Shown here: positions 1-14,124 of the stretch, piece after piece
Layout: each line of letters starts with the position of its first letter
Numbering within the stretch: the first letter of the stretch is position 1
Assembly: GCF_009914755.1 (NCBI RefSeq)
Contig: NC_060944.1
From: the human T2T-CHM13v2.0 reference genome, Homo sapiens
DNA: 64,000 nucleotides
Reading direction: 5' to 3' (one strand)
The notes under the pieces: model-generated
Databases searched by the model: none
What the model was told of the DNA's origin: nothing
Seen by the model: the letters and a program-made list of their open reading frames with translations, nothing else
Position numbers and translations under genes: made by a program

Positions 1-1039
1 CTGGGGCCTTCTCTGCCACAGAGACTCACTCGAAGACTTTTGCTCATGATCTTGAATTCCATTTAAGGACATCGAGGCACAGGAAAGCAGCCCACATGCT
101 GCAGGGCCAGGATTAAACCCCACACAGTCCACTCCTGCAGCTCAGTTCCCCCCGACCCCCACCGACTTCTGGGGTCCTCTGGGACAGAAGCTGGGCAGGT
201 TCCTTCTCAGAACAGTCTCCGCCAGCAGCTTCATTTATGCCCTCAGCTGGGACCAGCCCATCTTTTCCCAGTTCAGGCCCCCTAATCCCTATGACCCAAC
301 TCCCTCCACGTTCGCCACCAGTCACCATTTAATTTACACCCAATCATAGGGGCCCATCTTTGCTCTGGTTTCGAGAAAACTACTCAAGATTCTGACTTCA
401 TCCCATTTTACTTTTTTCCCTTGTGAAGACTGGAATTCAGGGATATTTATCTTGCTGGGCCTGCGAAAGCTTAAATAAAGTAAGCTTTATCTGTTGGAAG
501 CTGTCAGCTGATAAAAAAGAAAAGAATTAAGCATATTCCTATTTGATGAACTATGCAGAGAGGGTCAGCTTTCTGTCGTTTGGCTTCATTGTTCTCTGCA
601 GAAACAGCCACATGCCCACTTTGAGAACTGCCTCGGGACTCCAGTCTCTGACCCCTAAAGCCTGTCTGGACATTCAGACGTCTTGCTAACAGATGGACCG
701 CTGGTGCGGCAGCAGCATGTGGGCGGGGGGAACGTTTGCCACTTCAGGGACGGCCATGGAGGGTGTTTCTCAGGACAAGAGCACATCCATGTCCCTCCTT
801 TCCTGCAAGCCTTCAGGGATTCCCATGCGGGGAGCCTCATTCCCTCCTGGGAAGCACCTTTCCTCCTTCCAGGGGAGCCCCCTGTGGCTAGATCATCTGC
901 GCTTCCATTCCAAGGGCAGAGTCTGACAGGGTGGACCTTGGAGACTGATGTCTAGAGGGGACTGAAACCCTGCTGGGAAGTGCAGGTTCCCCAAGATGTG
1001 CCCCACCCAAAGTCCCTCTCCACAGGGGCAGAAAGTCAA

Positions 1040-1707
1040 CTTTCAAAACCTGTGTGGGTTACACCACTCCTGCCCACTTCCACAGCCACCACCCAGGGCC
1101 AGGCCACCGCCTCTCCCGCCTCTCTTCCCTGGTCTTCCCGCTCTGTCCTCACCCAACTGTGCTCCAAGTAACAGGTTACAGCAGATCACTCCTCTGTTCC
1201 AAATCCTGCCATGTTCCCATTTCACACGCCCCTAAACCTGCCCCCTCCCCACTTTTCCTCCTCCTACCCCACCCCCTGTCATTGTATCCAGCACTGCAGG
1301 GTTCCTGGCAGTGCCTCGAACATGCCAGGCACACTGTGGCCTCAGGGACTTTGCACTGGCTATTCCCTCTGCCTGGAATGCTCTTCCCCCATATACTGGC
1401 ACAGCTCACACCATCCCTCCTTCGTCTTCCATCAAATGTCACCTTCTCAATGAATTCTTCCCTGGCCATGCTATCTTGCAGTGCTACTTGTTCCCATCCA
1501 CACCCCATCCTCAGTATCTTGTCCATCTTGCTTTTTCTTTCCATAGTGCTCATGGCCTTTACAAATAGTAGTTTCTTTATTTATTATGCTTTTGTTCATT
1601 GTCTGTCTCCTTTTGTACAAGGGCAAAACTCTGGCTACTTTTTTCTCTGTTACATCCACAAAGCCTGGACTAGTCGGAGTTTGATAAAATATTTGTTAAT
1701 GAATGAA
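1040..1707 (+). mobile_element. LINE-2 (L2a-like) 3' fragment
   Basis: L2 motif cctcagggactttgcactggctattccctctgcctggaatgctcttcccc and terminal aaatatttgttaatgaatgaa. Confidence 0.85.
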
Positions 1708-1924
1708 CAGATACAGTGGCTCGTTGTGGAATGCAGGGGATTCTGGATAGAGTTGGGTTCGTACACAGGGATGGCTGGATGCATGTTCATAGAATAAGCA
1801 AGTTTATTTTGTGAGGATTTTACTTACGGATAACCTTCATGTTGGCAAATGACCAAGGTCTTTTCCAATAAGAACTGACAAACTCAACACCGATTCCTAA
1901 AGCTTTGCAGAAAATCTCAAACAT

Positions 1925-2350
1925 TCCTTTTTGCTGTTAGAAACAGAACACCTGACTCATACCGGCTTAAGCAAAAAGGAAATTTATTAGATCATGTGAT
2001 CCCAAACCATCAGGGAGTAGTTCTGGCTTCAGGCAGGGGTGGATCCAACATTGGCTTTCTCACTCTGTTACTTGGTCCTGTTCTTCTCCACGTTGTCTTC
2101 ATTCCGAGGATCCACTGGTGGCAATGTGGCTGCCAACAGCCCCAAACCTCTATCTTCCAAGTCAGAAGGAACAACTCTCTACCTGTTGGCTCCAGTACAA
2201 GTCCTAGGATTCACTTGGCTTGAACCAGGAGGACATGGTCAGGCAGGGTCACCTGTCCCACCTAGGAATGAGGGAAGGGCAGTCCCCAAGGGATATCCAG
2301 GGTCCCTTTGCCAGGGCAAGGTGTGGTGGATGCTGGGTGGCAACAGCAAC
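1925..2350. mobile_element. MaLR solo LTR, MLT1K/J-like
   Basis: aacagaacacctgactcataccggcttaagcaaaaaggaaatttattag ... ttcaggcaggggtggatcc. Confidence 0.7.
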
Positions 2351-3129
2351 ATACGTCAACCTCTGGAAAATTGTTTGGAAAAGTCCCTCCAGGGAGCTGG
2401 CCAAAACCTGCTGGTGGAACGTGTCCCAGTGGCTTTGTGGAGCAGCATCAGTATCAGGTCATCATTTCATGTCCAGATGCCACTGCAAACACTGCTCCAT
2501 GCTACAGGTTGCCTGGGAGCCCAGAGCCATCTTTCTAAAACTTGTTCCTCTCTGGCCTCAAATACCTAAAGCTTGGGCTCTGCCTTGGCTCCCAAGAGCC
2601 AACTCCAGTCAGCCTCCCAGCTGCATCCCCCAATATGATGATGCGTGGCCCAGCCCTGGGCGCCTGCCCTGAGCCCACCAGCCCCACCGTCACTGCCTTC
2701 ACTGCCCCTTTGCCACAGGAGTCCTGGAATGACCTGTCAGTCCTCCTCTCCATTTCTCCAACTTGATTGATTCTTCCGGATCCTCTGCCCAGCCTCCAGG
2801 GGAGTCAGCCCCAGCAGCCAAGCCACCGCAAGGCCTCCTGGTGCTATCAGTCTGTCGCTACCCCTCCTTCACTGGCAAGGACTCACAGAGTATCCCTGGT
2901 GTGTGTGGACATCTTTCTCTCCTTCCCTCCCCTCTGCTGTGGTCCCTCCCCTCGTCTGTGTGCCTGTCATCTAGTGACATGATGATAATGGCAAGGACAA
3001 TAGCAGCAGCTATAGCAGATACTGGCAGGGGCCCATCCTGTCCCCACTGCACCCAACCTGCAGGGTGCCAATGGCTTCCTTCATCTCCCACCTCAGGGTT
3101 TCTCCTGGCACAGGAGGAATATTCTGGAC

Positions 3130-3452
3130 CCACATGTAGAAGCGGAGAGCACAACTGTTGGGGTGTTAAAGCCTCCCCACTCCTCTCCCCGGGAGGAGCC
3201 CTCAGCCAATGGCAGCCCGGAGTTGGGTGAAGATCCCTTGGCCCTTGCTGGGTCCATGCTGAGGCATGTCCCATGCACTTTCTAAGCAGGTCCCTGACCA
3301 TAGGCTGACCCCTCATGAGCACAGCTTGTGTTGATTTGCCCTCCCTAGAGCCTCACTTTCCCACTCCCACACTGCCTGGATCACCTCCTGAAAACCGCCT
3401 GCACCAAAATCCTTGTCTCAGGCTCTGCATGTGGGGAACCCCAAACTAAGAA
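3130..3452 (+). mobile_element. ERVL LTR16-family solo LTR fragment
   Basis: 3' end ggatcacctcc...aaatccttgtctcaggctctgc...ggggaaccccaaactaaga. Confidence 0.7.
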
Positions 3453-3459
3453 AACAACA

Positions 3460-3690
3460 AACCAAATGCTTGCCCGGTGCTAAGTGCCATGTTGGTGTTC
3501 TCTTTAAGCATTTATGCATTATATGAACCCATGCAGAAGTTATTATCTCATTTATAATTGAGCAGGACAGAGGCTTGGGGAGGGTAAGTGATTCAGCAGC
3601 CAGGGTCACACTGCTGACAGGAGCTGGCTCAGGACTCAGTGCAGTCCGCCTATCCCTGATGTCTGGGCTCCTGACCACTCTGCGATGCTG
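3460..3690 (-). mobile_element. MIR SINE
   Basis: MIR core: acagaggcttggggagggtaagtgattcagcagccagggtcacactgct. Confidence 0.7.
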
Positions 3691-5489
3691 AGTGATGAAT
3701 GCATGCACAGAAGACTGGCATGTGGGCCAACTCCAAGACGAAAGGAGAAATGGACCCAGATGGGGGAATGAGTGTGGCCACGGTCGCAGGCACATCAGAA
3801 CACAGCTAGGAGAAGAGGATTCTCTGCTCAGCAGCCAGCCCACTCCTTCTGGAACAGTCATTCCAGACCTGTGCCATTGAGAGTAACTGAGAGCTCCTTT
3901 CATCCACACTGTTGTGCATTGTGTAAGCATGTGTGTATGTGTGTGAACATGTGTGAGTGTGCATGTGTGGGTGGGTGCCTGCCCTACTAGGGAGACACGG
4001 TGTATACACAACGCCCCATACCACCATGGGGTTTATGCTGTGAGGAGACAGACAAGGGTGCAGGCAGCAACATGGGGTAAGTGACGCCTGCCTGAAGGGT
4101 CAGGAAAGGTCCAGAAGTAGCTGAGCCAACTCCCACAAGGCAAGCTGTCAGAGTGAGGTGTTGCAGGGACCAGCCAGGCAGGCCTGGGCTGGCTGGGGCT
4201 GAGAGGAGGTGAGGGTTTGCTTTTCTCAGCTGTGCTCTGGTTGCTTTGCGGCTCTAGCTGCATCCTTTCCCTCTCTCAGCCTCAATGTCCCCACTAGTAA
4301 AGTTCCAGGAGGACCAGCGGTGCCTTCTGACATTTGAGTGGCCCTGGCAGTGGGGTCAGTTTCTGGAATAGGAACAGCCATTGGCCATCTTCCCACTGGC
4401 CCTAGCGCAGCTACACTGAGTGTCTGGAGTGGGCCTTGTAAACATGGGGTCAACCCTAGGATGGGCCTCAGGCTGGAACCAGGGATGCGGACAGGTGGAC
4501 CGGCGTCTGTCCTGGTCCCCCCAGACCCACTGCTATGGGCTCACACCTGGCAACAACCTTTCCAGGACCGCCTTCATGCTTTGTTATGTCGCTCACCAGC
4601 CTTTTCAGACTCCTCCTCTAACAAGGCAATGACAAAATATCTGTTCTCAGGAATGGAGGCCCATTATGGGAGACATTAGCTTGTTTGAATTTGGAAATGA
4701 GGTTGCAGGGGTGACATGCGAATGCAGTCTCTGTCTGCAGTGGGGCCTGGCTGGGCTCCTGTCTCATGCTGGGACATGGAATGCAAAGTTGACATTTGCT
4801 CTGTGGATGTTTCAGTCCCCTTGGCTGATGTCTGGAGAGCACAGGGCTGTGAGTTTCCTGGAGCACCCAGCTTGCCTGAGGCCAGGAAAAGAGACTTTTC
4901 TGGGGTCTGAGGAAGTGACAAAAAGGACTGTTCCGTGTCCTAAGCACCTCATTTCTAATCCTTGGAATTACTCCAATCGGGGAGAAAATGTCCTCTTGCA
5001 AAATGCTGCTGGCTGCCCCCACCCCCAACCTGAGTGACTGCCACCAGGGTGGGGTTGACTGCTGGGTGAATTCAGTATAAGTCAGGGACCAATGCTTGCA
5101 GGCTGAGAAACCTGATGGTGCCAGCTTGCTTAGCTTGGCCCATGTCACGCCTTAACCAAGCTCATACATCCAACCAGAAGGCCGCTGGATTTGTTTAATC
5201 TATCCTGGGGATGAGTGACCAGTCCATTTCTATTCATAGGCAGAAGGTGGCTTTTGGAGTGCAGAATCACAGGGCGAGTTTGTCAGCTGATGTGAATGCT
5301 CCAAGCACTGGCTCAAGAAAATACTAACAGCACTCCCATGCAATATATACCAGCCATTAAGTCTGAAAGGTTTACATGTTTTATCTTGTTTAATCATTTC
5401 AACCACAGGACCTTTGCATGTGACAAGGTCAAGCCCTCCTACCACAGTCCCTTATGTTTGTAGCACTTATCACAACCGTACTTTTGCCC

Positions 5490-5730
5490 TGGACTGTGAG
5501 GGTGAAGTCTCATTAACGCTGTTCGCTGCTGTATCTCCCAGGCCTGGCACAGGGCCCTGCGCATAGTAGATGCTTGATAAAGATGTATTGAATGAGTGGA
5601 TAAAGACCCTGATGAGGGAGGCTCTATTATGATCTGATCTTTTTACAGATGAGGGAACCAAGACTCAGAGAGCTGGAGTCACAGGCTCCAGTGGCGCAAC
5701 TGCTAAGTGGCAGAACCCAGATCTGTCCCC
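5490..5730. mobile_element. L2 3' end (+) followed by MIR (-)
   Basis: gcatagtagatgcttgataaagatgtattgaatga; ttttacagatgagggaaccaagactcagagag. Confidence 0.7.
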
Positions 5731-6529
5731 GGTGGGAGGAGCCTCTGCACATCTCTGCATGGGTGTCTGTGCTTTGATTTCAGGATGGAGCACCAGAGGG
5801 CAATCTCACGGCCCGCATTTGTCTCACTACGTCCCTTACCCACTGACAGTTGTAGCTGCCAGCAGCCCCGTCTCACCGATGACGAGATGGGAGCACTGGG
5901 AGGTTGCACAATCCACCCTGGGGCACAAGGTGAAGAGGGAACTGCACTCAGCCTTCTCTGGCTCCAAAGATGACAGGTTCCCTACTTGGCGCTGTCTCCC
6001 TGCCCGCCCCTCCCGTCCCCACTGTGCCTTTCATGGAGCATCTACCATGTGTGGGAAGTGCATGCCAGCCCTCACTGAACTGTCACCACCATGGCATGAG
6101 CTTTGCATCGTATCCCAGAAGGGCCTGCCCTGGCTTAGCTCTTGTAGAACAGCTCTTGTCACACGCAGGACAGTCTCCGGGCCCCTCAGCTGTCAGGCTG
6201 TATGGAATCCAGAGCCTTCTCTCAGGTTCCGAGGAATTTCTTCCCATCCTCTGTCCCATCTTCTAATGAAAAGCTTCTTTAAGTTGCACAGAGGCACTTT
6301 GTCCTGAGACAGGCTTATTGAGACATCATATTCTTTTCTTTGTCAAGCCTGATGGGCTTATTTCACACACAAAATGAAATCTCAAAGTTGTCATTGTAGA
6401 AAGTCTGAAGAGTGGGTGGGGAACGGAATGACTTTCTCAAAGATGTCAGGAAGGTGCTTAGCCTGAGGTAGAAGGTGGTGTCTTGTAGTGGGGAGGTGTG
6501 GGCCAACCAGCCACAGCCAGACAGCTGTC

Positions 6530-6700
6530 ACAAACTGCGCCACCTTAAGCAAGTGGCTTAACATTTCTGTGCCTCAGTTTCCTTACCTGCGAAATGGAAT
6601 AATAACAGTATCTGCCTCGTAGGATTGTTATGACATAGACTAAATAAGTGAAGGCACATACAGTGCGTAAATGCAAAAGCAGCTGTGCGTGTCAGGCACT
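6530..6700 (+). mobile_element. MIR SINE
   Basis: ttaacatttctgtgcctcagtttccttacctgcgaaatggaataataacagtatctgcctcgtaggattgtt. Confidence 0.85.
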
Positions 6701-7099
6701 GTCCTGCGCTCCCTACCATCACTGCCGGCAGCAGCAGCAGCTGAGCCGTAATGGGCACGAGCAGCATGGCCATCGCATGATGCATCGGTTGGGAGCATTC
6801 GGCTGCTGGTAATAAACACCAGGAGTAGCTGTGGATTAATCTCGGCATGGATTCTCCTGGACCGCAGGTAGGCTGTCCATAGCTGTGGTGGCAGCTCCGT
6901 GCTGTCGGCAAGGTCCTAGGTGTTTCTGCTTGTTGGCTCATCCATCTGAGCATGGGGCTTCCATCCTCCAGACTGCATCGTGCTCTAATATGACTGCTGG
7001 AATTCCATCCGACACCTCTGCATTCCACGCAGGAGGAGGGAGGGCTGGGGCTGCACCAGCTGCCTCTGACTCACCGGTCCTGTGTACGCCGGGAGTGTC

Positions 7100-7430
7100 C
7101 CACCTCAAGCCCTGGCAGAACGCTGACCCTTGGCCCCTGCAGGGTGAGCTGGTAGGAGGGACAGGAGAAGCCGTCAATGATGACAGGGAGTTGGTGGATT
7201 AAGTGCCTCAGCTTCCTTGCCTCTGGGGTGGGATAACTCTGAGAGGCTCGTTCTACACATTTCTCCTAAGATGGCCACAGGATTGGCCTCCAGTTGCTCC
7301 GGTTGCCATAGCCTACTCATTGCTATGCTCTTCGCTGGTTTCTCCCTTTGCTCACCTCCCTCTACCTTGGAAAAATTCCATTTGCACTTGAATTCTTGAC
7401 TTACAGTCAGCTTCTGGAAGAACCCAGTGA
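7100..7430 (+). mobile_element. ERVL LTR16-family solo LTR
   Basis: gggataactctgagaggctcgttctacaca ... ttgcacttgaattcttgacttacagtcagcttctggaagaaccca. Confidence 0.7.
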
Positions 7431-7896
7431 AAGACAGGGGGCAAGGCAAAAAGAGGCACCCGCAGCTGTCTGTCCACCGCTTAAGGAGCCCCTCCCCCCA
7501 GCAGTTCCAAACAGCGTGTTCCTCTCACTGTGCCCTAGCTGCAGGGCGGCTGGGAAACGCAGTCAGCTGGGGATTCTCTCACTCAGGAACAAGGAGCCCG
7601 CTAAGGGAAGGCAGCCAGCATTCTCTGCCACTGCTAAAGAAGGAATAATTACGAAAAGTTTCTATGTTCATGTCAGGCCAGATCTGACAAGGAAGTGCTA
7701 ACTCCCTCGGCCCCTTGAAGCTTCCTGAGAAACCTGTTCCTTCATTTCAGTCAACAGACATTTAGTGAGCCCCTACTGAGTACTTGGCCCTGGGGTGCCA
7801 TCAAGAATGAGCCATGGCTCTTGATCTCATGGTGCTTATGAGGAACAGGAAGGAGGGGAGGCAGCCGAGGCTGGAGGCAGAGGAAGGGGCTAATGA

Positions 7897-9037
<1,141 letters not shown>

Positions 9038-9695
9038 TGTGCTGGAGATTTGAAGCAGGGGCTACATTGCTGCTGCATGGAGGGTAAATTCATGTCATGG
9101 GGTTTGTTGTACAGATTATTTTGTCACCCAGGTACCCAATAGTACCCAATAGTTATTCTGTTATTCTTCCACCCAAGCTTTGCCATAAATTTGATGTCTG
9201 TTCTTCAATTTTAGCAGGGGAGTCTGTGGGGCAGAGGGCCATGAGTGGCCAGGGGAAGTCAGGGAGGAGAGCTGCAGGGGGCCCACTTTCGAGAAAAGCT
9301 GGGGAAGCAGGCCCCAGGGAACTGGGGCTCCTGCATGTGGTTTCCCTGCTGTCTGCCCTGGGCCAGCCTCTGCGCCCCTCTGAGGGTTGTGGGAGGATGT
9401 GTCTAATCCCATTGGTTCCATTTCTCTGGAGAAGCCAGATTCACACAGGCCCAGAAACTCCAGTCACTTCCCCTCATTTTACATGAGTAAACTGAGGCAG
9501 CGGCTCAGTCCCACTCCTGAACATAACCCAGTGCCTGGCTTATGGAAAGTTTGTCGGGGTACTCAACACAGACTCACTGGGTGAATGAATAAGTGAAAAT
9601 TTCAGTATCTGTGGGGGAAGCAGCTCAGTGCACAAGCTCTGGCCACCAAGTGATGGATGAACAGTCAGCTTGAACATTTCCTGAAGATGCTGTGT

Positions 9696-9903
9696 CTGTA
9701 ATTCTCAACCAGGGCTGAATTTTTTTTTCTCTAGTGTGCATTTGGCAATGTCTAGAGAACTTCTGGTTCTCACAACTTGGGGGTGGTGCTACTGACATCT
9801 GGCAGGTGGGGACCAGAGATGCTGCTAGTCATGCTCCAGTGCACAAGGCACCCCTCAACATAGAATTCTCCAGCCCCAGATGGTGGTGGGTTGAGGAGCC
9901 CTG
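9696..9903 (+). mobile_element. MER20 (hAT-Charlie)
   Basis: ttctcaaccaggg...catttggcaatgtctagaga...tgctactgacatctggcaggtggggaccagagatgctgcta...gttgaggagccctg. Confidence 0.9.
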
Positions 9904-10529
9904 TGCTACATGTAACTCCTGTACAGCACTAACCATCTGAACAAGATCATCTCATTACACAGCCGTTTACAGGAGGCCTCTGTTGTGTCCTCTCTACTCC
10001 CATCAAACACTCCCCCTTCCGTAAGCCCCAGTGGGGCACCAACCCGCACCCACCTCAATCATGAGCTGTCAGTGAGGTCAAGCCTCTTTCCCCGCTCACA
10101 TGACCAGGCCCAGCCAATGAAAGCACCATCCTCTGGCCACAGAGAGTGGTTCTGAAGGCAAGCAACCCAACCAGGACAGCGCCACCCAACTGGAAAGGCA
10201 GAGTTCTCCTCCTGGTTCTGAAAACTGCCAGAGGTCACGCAGGTGACAGTCATCACAGGAAAACAGGACCAAGGGTGGGGCAGGCCCAGTCCCCAGGGCA
10301 TGCTTTGTGCTCCAGGCTGTGTTTACCCGGCTTCCTCGCTGTAGCCACAAAGCGCCTTGGTGCACATGAAGAGAAGCAGTAGTGGTTGAACACGCACAGT
10401 GTCCCAGGCACCCGCCTGCTCCCGCACCTCCTCAGCACATGCCCTCCTCCCGTGCCCTCCTGGGAAAGACAACTGTTTCCACTTAAATCAGTTCCAGGGG
10501 TTCACTCATAACCTATGGATAACCTGACA

Positions 10530-10990
10530 CCACCTGCTTAGGTAAGCAGGGAATTTAACGCCTCAAGTACCTCAAAAGCCCATAAAGACTCCAGACCAGG
10601 CTTGGTCCCACAGCCAGTCAATGTCCCCAAATTCCCATCTCTTCGCTCTGTCTTCTGCATTGTTGGTTTCACTCTGAGGCTCCAAGATGGCTCCCAGGAA
10701 AGAGAATGGGTCTCTGTCCCAGAATTCTCAGCCCGAGTCCCGACCTTCGCTTTGATTGGACTGCACTGGGTCACATGGCCACCTGGGATCCAATTGCTTC
10801 TGCCAAAGAGATGGACTTTAGTGATTGGCTTACCTGAGGCCACATGCTCCTAACAAGAGCGGGAGGTAAAGTTGACTTCTTGAGAAGTCAACCTGCATCC
10901 CCCACTGGGAAAGGCGAGAGATGGAATGATGCAGGAAACTGTAGGGAAAAGGCAGCAGCCAAAAAGGAGGCAGCTGGGAGGGTGAAGTGA
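10530..10990. mobile_element. Old MaLR LTR (MLT1K/L-like)
   Basis: ccaagatggctccc...ctttgattggactgcactgggtcacatggccacc. Confidence 0.55.
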
Positions 10991-11414
10991 CTTGCTTTGA
11001 GCGCTGTTTCTTATCATTGCATATCTGACTGCCCAGACACATTAAAGATTTCTTCTTAACAGCCAGAATCCCTTGCTGCACCCAAAGTGGTGACAAGAGA
11101 ATCAGCTGGGGGTCTCGTGAGTGTCATAGGAAGGACTGGGGGCATTGTGGTCAAGATGATAACAGTATGTGCTGCCACTCCCTGTGTTAGACTCATGAAG
11201 GACTTTCATATTGTTGAGCTCAGTAACTTCTCAAACAGCCCCCTATGTTTGAGTAGGTTGGGGAGTGAGGGAAAGGGGTGATTGTTATTATCCCAGGTTT
11301 GGAGACGAGGAAATTGAGGCTCCAGGGGTCTATGCCTCGTGTTCAGGGCTCTATACTAGGAAGGGGTAGAACTGGGACTTGAACCCAGGCTGATGTGACT
11401 CAAAACTCCCTCGA

Positions 11415-11809
11415 AGGAATTGGCCCATGTGATTGTGGAGGCTGGCAAGTCCAAAACCTGCAGGGTGAGCTAGCAGGCTGGAGACCCAGCACAGCTGATG
11501 CTCCAGTTCAAATCCAAAAATGGTTTGCCAAAGAACCAGGAAAAGCTGATGTTCTTTATGAAGTTCGAAGGTAGTCTGCGGGAGAATTCTCTCTTGCTTG
11601 TCGGAAGCCCATCTTTTTGTTTTATTCAGGCTTTCAACTGATTGGATGAGGCCCAGACACACTATGGAGGGCAATCTGTTTTACTCAAAGTCCACTCATT
11701 TAAATGTTAATCTTATCCAAAACACCCTCACAGAAACACCCAGAATAATGTTAGACCAAATATCTGGGCACTGCGGCCCAGCCAAATTGACACAAAATTG
11801 ACTTTCACA
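11415..11809 (-). mobile_element. MLT2D/C-like ERVL LTR, inserted in a MIR (11190-11414)
   Basis: ttcaactgattggatgaggccc...aaatgttaatcttatccaaaacaccctcacagaaacacccagaataatgtt...ttgacacaaaattgactttcaca. Confidence 0.9.
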
Positions 11810-12054
11810 GTCCACTTCTTGCTCCAAAAGCCAAGACTCTTGGATGCTGACTATTACTACTTTTCTTTGCTAGTTTTATCATTCTTTGAAATGATTAATT
11901 TTAACTATACACAATTCATATGTATAAATTGTACCATTAATTGCAAAAGTAGTGCATGACCATGTTCAATTTGTAAAGAGTAAAATATTACAGGCAAGTG
12001 CCCTTTGTTCATTGTACCAAATCCCCAAACTTTTCCTTGGGGGGGTGACATAGG

Positions 12055-12840
12055 GCATCTGTCAAGGAAGGCTAGGTTATTCTGTAATCACAACAACAAC
12101 ATACAACCCAGATCTCCAGGCTTCAGAGCTACATGTACATCTGGGTTGGGAAGGGGCTCTGCTCATTGGCACAAGGTTGGCAGGGAGCTGCCAACTTGGA
12201 GATGGTTGATTGTTATGCCACAGCAAAAAGAACTCTGAGGAATTGCACATCAGCAATTAAATGCCCAGCAGTGGCCCTGTGATACTTTTGCTCATAACTC
12301 GTTGGCCAGAAATAGTGACATGTTCCCACTGAACTTCAAGGTGCTCCAGAAGTGCAGTTGGTCAGAAATATTCAGAAACCAGATGGTGACCTCCACACAC
12401 TGGGATCAGTTTGTGTGTTCCTTTTGAGGCCTCTTTGTATGCGTTTGCATACATAGGTAGAAAATATGTAATGTATTATGTTATAAAGACCATTCTGCAA
12501 CTCTTTTTCTTTCCCTAAGAAGTATCTTAGAGAATTTTCCATGTCAGGATGTGTACCTTGGCTTCATCCTTTTAAAGGATGCAAATGATGTCATGATTTG
12601 GACACTTGATAGTTTATTTTGCCAGTCCTCTATGGAGGTGTTGTCAGTTTTTGCTGCTATGAGGAATCCTAAAATAGATGTTCTAACCTGTGCTCTTTAG
12701 TGCACATTCCTCAGAAATGCTGGGTGCTGGCTTGCATATTAAAAATTTGATACTAAAAAATTATCCTCTAAAATGACTATACTAATATATACTCCCACTG
12801 GCGGTAAATGGCAACTCCCCACTTGTTCCCTAACTAGTAA
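12055..12840. mobile_element. MLT1J-like LTR followed by an old L1ME fragment (-)
   Basis: ggctaggttattctgtaatcacaac...; degenerate L1 3' sequence ~12430-12840. Confidence 0.55.
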
Positions 12841-12842
12841 TA

Positions 12843-14124
12843 TGAGTGGACTTCAAAAAGTTCATGGAAGAATGAAATTAAAAGATAAAAATGAAAAACA
12901 TAAACTTTATAAGCTCCAGCAAGGTCAAAACACTCTTGTAAGCAGTGGTACCAGCTATTTAGTCCATCCCTTAAGAACTGAGGGTCCTGGGAATTTAGCC
13001 ATGTCAATAGTCTTTTTTTACATTATTAACTGAAGAAAAAAAGGGCCCTTTAAAGATTTTTTAAGAGTAGCAAACACTTTTTTTACAAAGTCAGAAGGAG
13101 CCAGATCAGGACTTTAAGGTCAATGCCTAATGATTTCTCATCAGAACGCTCTCAAAATTGCCATTGTTTGACAAGAGGAGTGAACAGGAGTATTGTCATG
13201 GTGGAGAATGATTCTCTGCTGAAGGTTTCCTGGGCATTCTTCTGCTGAAGTTTTGGCTAACTTTCTCAAAGCACTCTAATAATAAGCTGATGTTATTATT
13301 CTTTGGCCTTATAGAAAGTCAACAGCAAAATATCTTGAGCATCCCCAAAAAACTGTTGCCATGACCTCCTGATGGTCCACTTTTGCTTTGACTGGACCAT
13401 TACCACCTCTTGGTAGCCATTGCTCTGATTGTGCTTTGTCTTCAGAATTGTACAAGTAAAACCGCGTTTCATCTCCTGTTAATAATTCTTTGGAAAAAAC
13501 GGTTTCAGGAACTTGATCCCCCTACTTGTTTAAAATTTCCATTGAAAGCTCTGCTCTTGTCTGCAGCTGATCTGGTTGTAAGGGTTTCGGCACTCAGTGA
13601 GTGAAAAGTTTGTTCACCTTTAATTTTTCAGTTAGAATTGTGTAAATTGAACCAGTTGAGATGTCTGTGGTGTTGGCTAGCATTTCTGCTGTTAATCGTT
13701 GGTCCTCATCAATTACGGCATGAACAAGCTGAATTTTTTTCTCACAAATTGATGTGGACGGTCTGCTTCTGTGAGCTTCATGTTCAACAGCATCTTGCCC
13801 TTTCTGAAAATGGGTTATTCATTTGTAAACTGCTACTTTCTTTGGGGCACTGTCCCCACAAACCTTTCATAAACCATCAATGATTTCACTATTCTTCCAC
13901 CCAATTTTGCCATAAATTTGATGTTTGTTCTTCAATTTTAGCAGAATTCACATTGCTCTGATATGGGCTCTTTTCAAACTGCTTTCTTATCCTACTTAGT
14001 GCCTCAAAGTAGATTCTGTTCAGACATAACAAGTTAGTACAAGTTAATTTTGGTGCAAAAATTTTGAGATCTATGCATAGTTTTTGATAATATACATTTT
14101 CCATGTAATTTTTGAAGACCTCCT
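12843..14124 (-). mobile_element. Full-length HSMAR2 mariner DNA transposon; transposase pseudogene
   Basis: TIRs gagtggacttcaaaaagttcatggaa / ttccatgtaatttttgaagacctc, ~1.28 kb apart. Minus-strand motifs NSAKIE, *VPKP, TGDET, LHHDN, P*SPDLAPSD, with stops and frameshifts. Confidence 0.95.

Noticed and set aside
1054-1797. 247-aa ORF, and similar 150-215-aa ORFs at 15296, 15645, 17005, 34722 and 43536
   Set aside because: They overlap L2/Alu/MIR relics or GC-rich sequence, show no recognisable domain, and several use non-ATG starts.
12843-14124. Domesticated or active mariner transposase
   Set aside because: Stops in conserved motifs and frameshifts; no long ORF in the track.
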